This document shows, one piece after another, positions 1 through 7,049 of a stretch of DNA of 18,078 nucleotides. This DNA is from Candidatus Micrarchaeota archaeon (GTDB lineage Archaea > Micrarchaeota > Micrarchaeia > Anstonellales > Bilamarchaeaceae), in the NCBI GenBank assembly GCA_018304385.1, contig JAGVWJ010000028.1:1-18078 (forward strand), given 5' to 3'. The notes beneath the pieces were generated by a model that made no database searches, had not been told where the DNA came from, and was given only the letters and a program-made list of their open reading frames with translations. The translations under genes were made by a program, and so were the position numbers. Every line of letters begins with the position of its first letter. Position 1 is the stretch's first letter.

Positions 1-1254
1 TATCGCTATCCATATTCCAATCTCTCTAAGTTCTAGAAAATAAGCAAATATCATTATCGCAGGTATGCCAATTACAAAAAATCTAAGAAATGCAAACATA
101 AGGGATAAATGCGCTTTAGCCAAACCTTGTAAAACCGAGCCAGATATTATAGCTACTGCGGTTGCTGCATATGCGATTGCAGTAATTCTCAAGTAATAAG
201 ATGTACCAACAATTACCTCTTTATCCGTTGTGAATATTCCAGCTAAATTATCTGCGAATATAATTACTAGCAATATTGATGCTGTTAGAAATTTTATAGA
301 ATATTCTATCGCCTTTTTATAAATTTCCATAACTCGCTCTATTTTTTTAGCTCCGAAATTTTGGCCAACAAGAGGAACAACAGCGGTTGCAATGCCTATA
401 GCAGGTAGAATAACCAATTGGTCAACTCTCGTGCCTATGCCAAAAACTGTGATTGCATTTATCCCAAAATCGCTTACGAATTTGGTTATTATTAAAAATC
501 CAAGCGAGACGGATGCATGTTGTATTGTTACGGGTATTGCCTGGAATGATATTTTTATCCATGTGTTTATATTCGGTATTATGTTAAAGGCAAGCAAATC
601 TCTTTTTAGTACCTGGTAAAATAAAACTAGTGTTACAATTATCTGTGTTATTACTGTAGCAAGCGCAACACCTGCAACACCCATTGCAGGAAACCCAAAC
701 CAACCATACATAAACAACGGATCTAGGAATATATTAAGAAAAAAACCAAGGACTAGCGCATAACCAAATGTTTTTGTATCGCCTACTGAATTTAGAACTC
801 CGTTTAGAGCCATGGTTAAAAAGAAAAATATTAAACCATAATATATTACATTCATGTACTCTACTGCCAATATATTTAGCTCACCTTTTGCACCAATTAC
901 ATCAAATACTGATTCAGAAGTAGCAACTCCAATAATTCCTGCAATGATAGATAAAAATATTGTGAAAAAGATACTTTGCATTGCAATATTCTTTGCCTGT
1001 TCAATATTCTTCTCGCCACGCGCCTTTGCTGCTAGTGCGTTTGCAGCTATACCTAATCCCATTCCAATAGAGAGAATTAGAAAATATATTGGAAAAGATA
1101 TGGATACAGCTGCGAATGCAGTCTTAGAGAGCTGGCCCACATAATAAGCGTCAGTAGCATTATACATTGCTTGGAAGAATAATCCTATTGCTGCAGGCAA
1201 AGCCATTTTTTTAATTAGCTCTGGAATTGAACCTTCTGTGAGATCAGGTTTCAT
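1..1254 (-). CDS. MATE family efflux transporter (3' end runs off the window; absent from the ORF track)
   Basis: Manual translation from ATG at 1254: MKPDLTEGSIPELIKKMALPAAIGLFFQAMYNATDAYYVGQLSKTAFAAVSISFP...GDTKTFGYALVLGFFLNIFLDPLFMYGWFGFPAMGVAGVALATVITQ...LVGQNFGAKKIERV. These are typical MATE motifs (DLTEG, N-I-x-LDPLF, G-V-x-G-x-A-L-A-T, GQNxGA). The stretches I translated are open and no stop is reached before position 1. Confidence 0.93.
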   Translation of the reverse strand, partial: MKPDLTEGSIPELIKKMALPAAIGLFFQAMYNATDAYYVGQLSKTAFAAVSISFPIYFLILSIGMGLGIAANALAAKARGEKNIEQAKNIAMQSIFFTIFLSIIAGIIGVATSESVFDVIGAKGELNILAVEYMNVIYYGLIFFFLTMALNGVLNSVGDTKTFGYALVLGFFLNIFLDPLFMYGWFGFPAMGVAGVALATVITQIIVTLVLFYQVLKRDLLAFNIIPNINTWIKISFQAIPVTIQHASVSLGFLIITKFVSDFGINAITVFGIGTRVDQLVILPAIGIATAVVPLVGQNFGAKKIERVMEIYKKAIEYSIKFLTASILLVIIFADNLAGIFTTDKEVIVGTSYYLRITAIAYAATAVAIISGSVLQGLAKAHLSLMFAFLRFFVIGIPAIMIFAYFLELREIGIWIAI

Positions 1255-1278
1255 GTTATCCTTTCCCTATAAATACTC

Positions 1279-1298
1279 TTTATAAATTATATTATAAA
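1279..1298. promoter_or_regulatory. Candidate archaeal TATA boxes in the divergent MATE/TPR intergenic region
   Basis: TTTATAAA at 1279-1286 and TTATAAA at 1292-1298 lie between two divergent starts. The region is AT-rich, so the call is weak. Confidence 0.4.
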
Positions 1299-1318
1299 TC
1301 TATTAATATGGTGATAAT

Positions 1319-1900
1319 ATCGCAAGTTCCAAAGCTGTTGTTTATTTTATAGATGGTCGTGCAAATATGGATAAAGGGGATTATAAAGGTGCAATTCAAT
1401 GCTTTGACAAGGCAATTGAGTTAGACCCAACAGTAGCACAACAATTCAACCTTAGGGGCTATTCTAAAAATGCTCTAAAAGATTATAATGGCGCGATAGA
1501 GGACTATACAAAAGCCATTGAATTGAATCCGTCCTACGCTAAAGCATACAATAATAGAGGTATGTCTAAAATTGGAGTAAGGCAATTTGAAGAAGCTATA
1601 AATGACCTTGACAAATCAATTGAACTAGATCCTTCCTACTCTAAGGCTTATAATAATAGAGGGATGGCTAAATTTAATATGGGCAATTACAAAGATGCAG
1701 TAAGAGATTTTTCTAAAGCCATTGAACTTGATGCTAGTTATGTCAATGCTTATTACAATCGAGCATTTGCGTTAATGAGATTGCAGGAATATAAAGCTGC
1801 AATTTTAGATTTTAATAAGCTAATCGAATTAGATCCAAATCTTGCACCTGGGGTTGGTCCACTTATAAAAGAAACAGAAGAAAAAATTAAAAGAAAATAA
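1319..1900 (+). CDS. Tetratricopeptide repeat protein, 5 TPRs (first ATG at 1367; frame and SD point to 1319)
   Basis: 34-aa repeats such as AKAYNNRGMSKIGVRQFEEAINDLDKSIELDPSY. Helix A of the first repeat (AVVYFIDGRAN) is encoded in frame upstream of ATG 1367, and GGTGAT at 1310-1315 precedes ATC at 1319. Confidence 0.88.
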   Translation: MASSKAVVYFIDGRANMDKGDYKGAIQCFDKAIELDPTVAQQFNLRGYSKNALKDYNGAIEDYTKAIELNPSYAKAYNNRGMSKIGVRQFEEAINDLDKSIELDPSYSKAYNNRGMAKFNMGNYKDAVRDFSKAIELDASYVNAYYNRAFALMRLQEYKAAILDFNKLIELDPNLAPGVGPLIKETEEKIKRK

Positions 1901-1903
1901 AAA

Positions 1904-3931
1904 TTACTGGTCCAAGAAGAACTGTGGAGTAGGTGGATCTGGTTTATCTCCTTTTCTTTCACGAGTCTGTTTAACTATTTTTAGCAATAATTCTCTTGGT
2001 ACTAGCTCGTAACCAGCATACTCTTGATACCATATTGCTCTGCCTTGTGTTACACCACGTAGATCATTACTGAAACCAAACATTTCTGCAACTGGTAAAA
2101 CAGTTGTAATCGATGCATTTTCTCCTTCTTGCTGCATATCAAGTAGTTGACCACGTCTACCATTGGTCATGTTGATTACATCTCCCGCGTAATCCTGTAA
2201 TGTATTAATAAGTACTTTTTGTTTTGGTTCGAGCATTTGCACGCCGGCAATAAGCATTGCTGCGTATATTGGATTTTTGGTTGTAGGAATCATTTGTGCT
2301 GGGCCACGATGTATATTGTCTTCATGAAGTACTGCATCATCTAATGTTACTTTTACACCAGTTACCTTTTCTTTAGCAAGTGGTCCTTTATTCATTGCCT
2401 CTTCAAATCCTTGTATCATAAGTTCTTCTATTTCATTAAGATACTGTATACCTTTTGTTCCATTAACAAGCATATTTCCTTTGTAAATATGGTAAATATT
2501 TCTTACTTCGTTTCTTTCCATGCCCAATTCAACAAGCTTTTCCCATAATTCCTTTCTAGGTTTTCCTTCTGGGATTTCTCCTTCATCCATTGCCTTTAAT
2601 ACTGCAGGTAGAACTGGTTCTACAATAAATTTAAGCTTATTATGCTTATTTGGAGATTTTCCTTCTATTGGCCCTGCCTTTCCAGTAATAGTTTCTCTGT
2701 AAACAACTAATGGCGGAGATGTCACTATTGGCACTTTCTTTTCATTTACTATTTTATATTCTATTATCTCTAAATGCAATTCACCATTTCCACTCATTAA
2801 GTGCTCTCCAGTTTCTTGATTTAGTTCGATTTTTATTGTTGGATCTTCTTTTGAAATACTTCTTAACGCATCAATTAATTTTGGAAGGTCTTTTTGGTCT
2901 TTTGCTTCTATACTTTTAGTAATAACCGGTTCGCTGTAGTGTTTTATCTGTTCGAATGGCTCAATTGGTTCGCTGCTTAATGTTTCACCAACATAAACAT
3001 CCTTTACTTCCCCAGCGTGTTCATCATAAACTATACCGAAGACTACTCCTACTACCATGCCTTTTGCATCGCATGCAAGCATTGTTTTTCCATGCTCAGT
3101 GCTAACATCACCATTTTTCCATAATACCGGGATTCTATATTGTTGTGCAGTTTTTGGGCTTGGGAGATTTACAATAATCATTTCTAGTAATACTTCATCT
3201 AGCGGACTCTTTTCAACAAGATACTTGTGATCACCTGCGATACACTTATCATAAATATCCTTGAATGAAATATTGAACTTTTTCATCGAATTTATTGATA
3301 GCGCCCATTTGTTGAACGCAGTTCCGAATGCAACGTTTCCTTTGTTTACTTCGATCATCCATAGGTCTTTTTTATCAGCTGGTGCATTTGCTTCGATAAT
3401 TTTGTTAACCTGTGTTATAATTTTTATGAATCTATCCTGCATTTGTTTTGAGTCAAGTTTTAATTCGTTGATGAGCCTGTCGATTTTATTGATAAATAGA
3501 ATTGGTCTCGCTCTTTCTTTCAATGCCTGTCTAAGATTCGTTTCTGTCTGAGGCATAACGCCTTCTACGCTGTCTATTACAAGGCATACACCATCTACTG
3601 CGCGCATCGCTCTTACGACATGGAAACCAAAGTCTACATGTCCAGGGGTATCAATTAAATTAATAAGATAGTCTTTACCATGGAAGTTGAAACCAAGAGA
3701 AATATTTGCTGATTTAATAGTAATTCCTCTTGCCTGTTCTTGCGCATCAAAATCCATGACCCGTTGTTCGCCAGCGAGTTCTTTGCTGATTAAGCCTGCG
3801 CGCGCTACGAGCGAGTCTGTAAGTGTGGTTTTGCCATGATCTACATGCGCAACTATTGCAACATTCCTTACTTGATCAGCATTATCCATTAATCTTTGAA
3901 CTTCTTCAACTACAAATTCCTTTCTAACCAT
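1904..3931 (-). CDS. fusA: Archaeal translation elongation factor 2 (aEF-2) with an apparent in-frame deletion in domain II
   Basis: Motifs AHVDHGKTT, RGITI, DTPGHVDF, NKID and the diphthamide loop HEDNIHRGPAQ. Start moved to ATG 3931 because GGTGAT lies 6 nt upstream (3938-3943), giving 675 aa. Confidence 0.96.
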   Translation of the reverse strand: MVRKEFVVEEVQRLMDNADQVRNVAIVAHVDHGKTTLTDSLVARAGLISKELAGEQRVMDFDAQEQARGITIKSANISLGFNFHGKDYLINLIDTPGHVDFGFHVVRAMRAVDGVCLVIDSVEGVMPQTETNLRQALKERARPILFINKIDRLINELKLDSKQMQDRFIKIITQVNKIIEANAPADKKDLWMIEVNKGNVAFGTAFNKWALSINSMKKFNISFKDIYDKCIAGDHKYLVEKSPLDEVLLEMIIVNLPSPKTAQQYRIPVLWKNGDVSTEHGKTMLACDAKGMVVGVVFGIVYDEHAGEVKDVYVGETLSSEPIEPFEQIKHYSEPVITKSIEAKDQKDLPKLIDALRSISKEDPTIKIELNQETGEHLMSGNGELHLEIIEYKIVNEKKVPIVTSPPLVVYRETITGKAGPIEGKSPNKHNKLKFIVEPVLPAVLKAMDEGEIPEGKPRKELWEKLVELGMERNEVRNIYHIYKGNMLVNGTKGIQYLNEIEELMIQGFEEAMNKGPLAKEKVTGVKVTLDDAVLHEDNIHRGPAQMIPTTKNPIYAAMLIAGVQMLEPKQKVLINTLQDYAGDVINMTNGRRGQLLDMQQEGENASITTVLPVAEMFGFSNDLRGVTQGRAIWYQEYAGYELVPRELLLKIVKQTRERKGDKPDPPTPQFFLDQ

Positions 3932-4011
3932 GTTTATATCACCGGCTCTAAACAAATAGAATTTTTCCTAACTAAGACTAAAATTAGGTAATATTAATTA
4001 TGTAGAAAAGA

Positions 4012-4017
4012 ATATAA
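4012..4017 (-). promoter_or_regulatory. Candidate TATA box (TTTATA) upstream of EF-2
   Basis: The minus strand reads TCTTTATATT about 80 nt upstream of the EF-2 start, within a ~118-nt non-coding gap. Confidence 0.35.
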
Positions 4018-4049
4018 AGATTTAGCTATTGATGCAGCATCCTAAAGAT

Positions 4050-4547
4050 TTACAAAGAAACAGCCACACTACGCGCTGCTCGAGCTGCTGGTTTAGTCGC
4101 TGGAGTTCGTGCTGCCTGCATACGCCTTAAAAGCGCATATCCTTCGCCCATACTGCTCCATGTAAATAAATGTAATTGATCTGGTGAGCCAGTAGTTTTT
4201 CTTTGTAATTTGCCGCAATCTATTAATGCTTGTTCTGCTTTTTCTTTAACTCCTTGACTTTCATCAGTTCTCATTGATCTTCTTAAAACAGCAATTGTAT
4301 GTTCTGGTATTAGAACAAGATATTTAGCAGCCCTACCTATTGCTTCTGCACAGCGTTCTCTTACATACCCATCTTGATCGCTAAGTGCATTTGTTAATGC
4401 TGCAATTGCTGGTTCAGATTGAACCTTACCATAATTTATAGAAGTACATAATGCTTTTGCTGCAACTCTTCTATGATTTACATCATTACTTTCCAGTAAA
4501 GCAATAGCATTACTTAATTTTTGGTCTGTGTCTATTATACCAATCAT
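4050..4547 (-). CDS. HEAT-repeat protein
   Basis: HEAT-like units LESNDVNHRRVAAKAL, LSDQDGYVRERCAEAIG and DESQGVKEKAEQAL, followed by an Ala/Arg/Pro-rich basic tail. Confidence 0.75.
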   Translation of the reverse strand: MIGIIDTDQKLSNAIALLESNDVNHRRVAAKALCTSINYGKVQSEPAIAALTNALSDQDGYVRERCAEAIGRAAKYLVLIPEHTIAVLRRSMRTDESQGVKEKAEQALIDCGKLQRKTTGSPDQLHLFTWSSMGEGYALLRRMQAARTPATKPAARAARSVAVSL

Positions 4548-4549
4548 AT

Positions 4550-5152
4550 TTATCCTACCCTTGCTACTGCACGTTTTGGTGCTGCACCAGCAACATCTCG
4601 AGCGGGTAGCCTTTCTGTTCTAACCTCTCTTGCATCTTTAGCATTCAAAATTTGCGTAGCCATTTCTCTTACTCTATGAGGCGTATCTTTTTCAGTTTTA
4701 TATATACCTAATTTTTCTACTATTTCTCCTGTTAGTTTATCCCCACCAGCTGCATTTATCAGTGCATCTAATGCCTTTTTTATATTGCGCATATCTGAAT
4801 CATAGTGTATAATTTCTAATAGAAACTCTTGCGCCCTTTCTCTTACCCAACCTTTACTATCATCTGCTTTTTGATCTAGGGCTAATATAACTATCGCATC
4901 TAAAGTAGTATTACTTATTGCTATCTTAGAATAAGCCATTCTTATTGCTTCAACGCAGCGTTCTCTAACATAAACATCAGAATCATTTGCTGCTTTATCT
5001 AATATTACTGGTATTGCTAGTTCAAATCCTATTGTTTGGTATCTATTAATATAGCTTAATTGTCTTCCTGCCTCTCTTCTTTCAGCTACATCTTCACTTT
5101 GCAATTGCTGCATTGTAGCATCTAACTGTTCAGGATTTTCAATTCTGTTCAT
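4550..5152 (-). CDS. HEAT-repeat protein, paralog of 4050-4547
   Basis: Units LQSEDVAERREAGRQL, DSDVYVRERCVEAI and SKGWVRERAQEFL. Start chosen at ATG 5152 (GAGGT 7 nt upstream); the ORF-track start at 5293 overlaps uS7. Confidence 0.75.
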   Translation of the reverse strand: MNRIENPEQLDATMQQLQSEDVAERREAGRQLSYINRYQTIGFELAIPVILDKAANDSDVYVRERCVEAIRMAYSKIAISNTTLDAIVILALDQKADDSKGWVRERAQEFLLEIIHYDSDMRNIKKALDALINAAGGDKLTGEIVEKLGIYKTEKDTPHRVREMATQILNAKDAREVRTERLPARDVAGAAPKRAVARVG

Positions 5153-5258
5153 GTGTGATACCTCTCTTTTAAATTTATATAGTACATTCTGACTGGTCAA
5201 AATCAAATACACGTAATTATATTTATATGCACAAGTGTTTATAAACCTATGTAATACA

Positions 5259-5867
5259 CTATCTTGCACTTCGTGCCATTCTCTCTGTTTCATCCCGCTT
5301 TTTCATTGCGTAGCTGTTCTGTTGGTCTCCCTTTCCAGTAAATATCAGTTCATGAGCAAGGCTTTGTGACATACTCTTGCCCTTGTTAAAGCTTCCCATA
5401 ATTGCAGCTAATGTTATATTTCTAAGTGCCATGTCTAATCTGCGTGTTGCTGATAAATCAACTGCTATCTGATAACTTACGCCACCATATTGCACGCGTG
5501 TAGTATCCTCTCTCGGTGCTGAGAATTCTAATGCCTTTACAAGCACTTGTACTGGGTTTTCTTTTGTTTGTTCTGCGACAATATCAAATGCCTTTTCAAC
5601 AATTTTCAATGCCTTTAGTTTTTTGCCCTGCATTCTGCCATGCGTGCGAATTACCTTACCAGATGTTTTCTCTCCTGTTCCACCGCGCATTAGCTTGTTC
5701 GCTAGGCGTTCGACAACATTGAGATTTATCTTTCCCAATGGTTTCTTTGCATGCCTTCCAAACGTATGCGGCACAGTTATTCCTTTGAAAGATACTGTTT
5801 GTGCTAAGCTTTTATCTTTTATTTGAATATTTTCAAGATCATACTTTCCGAATAGTTTTTCTGTCAT
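5259..5867 (-). CDS. rpsG: 30S ribosomal protein uS7 (archaeal type)
   Basis: Motifs VVERLANKLMR, NPVQVLVKALE, APREDTTRVQYGG, AVDLSATRRLD and ERMARSAR; lies directly downstream of uS12. Start may be ATG 5867 or GTG 5876. Confidence 0.96.
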   Translation of the reverse strand: MTEKLFGKYDLENIQIKDKSLAQTVSFKGITVPHTFGRHAKKPLGKINLNVVERLANKLMRGGTGEKTSGKVIRTHGRMQGKKLKALKIVEKAFDIVAEQTKENPVQVLVKALEFSAPREDTTRVQYGGVSYQIAVDLSATRRLDMALRNITLAAIMGSFNKGKSMSQSLAHELIFTGKGDQQNSYAMKKRDETERMARSAR

Positions 5868-5892
5868 ATTACTCACAACCCATTACCCATAA

Positions 5893-6321
5893 CTATCGTT
5901 TCGCTTTCTCCTTCCTTCCTTTTCTAAGCATCTGTAAATCAATATTGTTTACTGCTACTACTTTGTAGCGGACACCAGGGATTGAACCCATTTGACCACG
6001 TTGCGAACCGCCCAAGCCTGCTATAGTTATCTCATCATGTTCATCAATAAATGTAATTGCCTTATCACGAACTGCGTGTGCGGTAACTATCTTACCATTT
6101 TTAATAAGCTGAACCTTTACGCATTTAATTAATCCAGAGTGTGGCTGCTTTTGCTCAAGTACTATCTTTTCTAATACAATTCCTCTTGCTTGCGGCCCAC
6201 CTTCTAATGGATCGAACTTATTCTTTAATCTAAGCGTTCTTCTTTTCCACTTTTTACTTAGCCATCGCTGACCCTTTCGCTTTCGCACCAAATTGCGTCC
6301 TGCAAACTCTCCATTAGCCAT
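5893..6321 (-). CDS. rpsL: 30S ribosomal protein uS12 (archaeal/eukaryal type)
   Basis: Motifs [36 protein letters not shown] and [16 protein letters not shown] at 6331-6336 precedes ATG 6321; the ORF-track GTG at 6333 lies inside the SD. Confidence 0.96.
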   Translation of the reverse strand: MANGEFAGRNLVRKRKGQRWLSKKWKRRTLRLKNKFDPLEGGPQARGIVLEKIVLEQKQPHSGLIKCVKVQLIKNGKIVTAHAVRDKAITFIDEHDEITIAGLGGSQRGQMGSIPGVRYKVVAVNNIDLQMLRKGRKEKAKR

Positions 6322-6369
6322 CGACTTTTGCACCTCTTCAGCTCTAGCACTAATAGAATTCTAATATGA

Positions 6370-6409
6370 GGCGTGAGACTCCCCTTCGCTTCGCGAAGGT
6401 ACTCCCGCC
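6370..6409 (-). promoter_or_regulatory. GC-rich hairpin upstream of uS12 (candidate 5' leader structure)
   Basis: CCTTCGC/GCGAAGG 7-bp stem (6383-6399), extended by GAG/CTC and GGCG/CGCC pairs. A minus-strand TTTATA lies at 6439-6444. Confidence 0.45.
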
Positions 6410-6514
6410 AACCGTTTAATAGATTCTAAGAAGAATAATATAAATAGGCGAAGAAGGGTTTAAAAAGATATTACCCTCTGCCTTTAGTCTTGATGTATTG
6501 AAATTTCAAGTAAT

Positions 6515-6695
6515 GCCTCATGGGGGGTTGGAACCCTCAAGGGGGCAGAGAAGTATGGCAGAGCGAGTGATCGAGAAAAATGTAATTTTTCGAGAGTTTT
6601 GTCCGAAAGGACAAACAGATTCGAGAGTTTTGTCCGAAAGGACAAACAGAAGCACGCACGTGCTGGAACGAGCGGGTCATTGCCCCCTTATGGGC
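6515..6695 (+). ncRNA. Candidate structured non-coding RNA or element of unknown family
   Basis: Closing stem GCC(U)CAU/AUGGGC; hairpin 6523-6538; 9-bp AAGGGGGCA/TGCCCCCTT helix; four further internal hairpins. Two G-U pairs favour the + strand. TTTAAAAA lies upstream at 6459-6466. Confidence 0.45.
6589..6650 (+). repeat. Perfect tandem duplication of a 31-nt unit containing a GAAA-tetraloop hairpin
   Basis: TTCGAGAGTTTTGTCCGAAAGGACAAACAGA occurs at 6589-6619 and 6620-6650; each copy forms TTTGTCC-GAAA-GGACAAA. Confidence 0.95.
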
Positions 6696-7012
6696 TTGTG
6701 CCTTAAGCTATGGGTAGCGACTATAACTAGATAGCTAACAACTACTCCAATTACGTTCATTCCTACATCAATAATATCAAACACTCGATACGGAAGCGCT
6801 AATTGAATAGTTTCCATAATTATCGAGAATATTAATAGTCTTACTAATCTCACTTTATCGAACAAAAACAAGTGCGCAAATTCAACTATTGTGCCAAGTA
6901 AAAAGAACATTAGAAAATGCGAAACAGATGCAGTTTTTTCAGTTCCATATCCTTCTTCAAATGGCAAAGGCGCAGTTAATAGTATTATAACTATTGCAAT
7001 ATAAGTCCACAT
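6677..7012 (-). CDS. VanZ-like family membrane protein
   Basis: Motifs SHFLMFFLLG and METIQLALPYRVFDIIDVGMNVIG match the VanZ-like pattern (HF...E..Q...P.R...D...N..G). Start is ATG 7012 or 7048. Confidence 0.8.
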   Translation of the reverse strand: MWTYIAIVIILLTAPLPFEEGYGTEKTASVSHFLMFFLLGTIVEFAHLFLFDKVRLVRLLIFSIIMETIQLALPYRVFDIIDVGMNVIGVVVSYLVIVATHSLRHKPIRGQ

Positions 7013-7049
7013 TATATGAAATCTAAATTTAATTAGAAGATTAAACATC

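Noticed and set aside
392-1144. ORF-track + strand ORFs 392-619 and 854-1144
   Set aside because: They are antisense shadows of the minus-strand MATE gene.
1753-3551. ORFs 1753-1962(-), 2520-2702(+), 2710-2919(+) and 3261-3551(+)
   Set aside because: They are antisense to the TPR or EF-2 genes and have no recognisable motifs.
5516-5826. ORFs 5516-5722 and 5623-5826 (+)
   Set aside because: They are antisense to uS7.
6498-6509. Perfect 12-bp palindrome TTGAAATTTCAA as an operator
   Set aside because: It is a single AT-rich occurrence with no regulator nearby, so it could be chance.
6514-6540. tRNA-like T-arm/acceptor on the minus strand (GAGGGTTCCAACCCCCCATGAGGCA)
   Set aside because: The T-loop is non-canonical (TTCCAAC), the stem has an A-C mismatch, and no D-arm, anticodon arm or properly pairing 5' acceptor strand was found.
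6589-6650. CRISPR array
   Set aside because: There are only two copies, no spacer between them and no cas genes in the window.
6515-6700. RNase P RNA or SRP RNA identity for the structured region
   Set aside because: AACAGAAG and GGGCTT resemble RNase P CR-V, but the GAGGAAAGUCC-type CR-I is absent on both strands. The SRP helix-8 motif is also absent.
6498-6734. 78-aa + strand ORF
   Set aside because: It has no SD, runs through a 31-nt (non-triplet) tandem repeat and strong RNA structure, and overlaps the VanZ-like gene.
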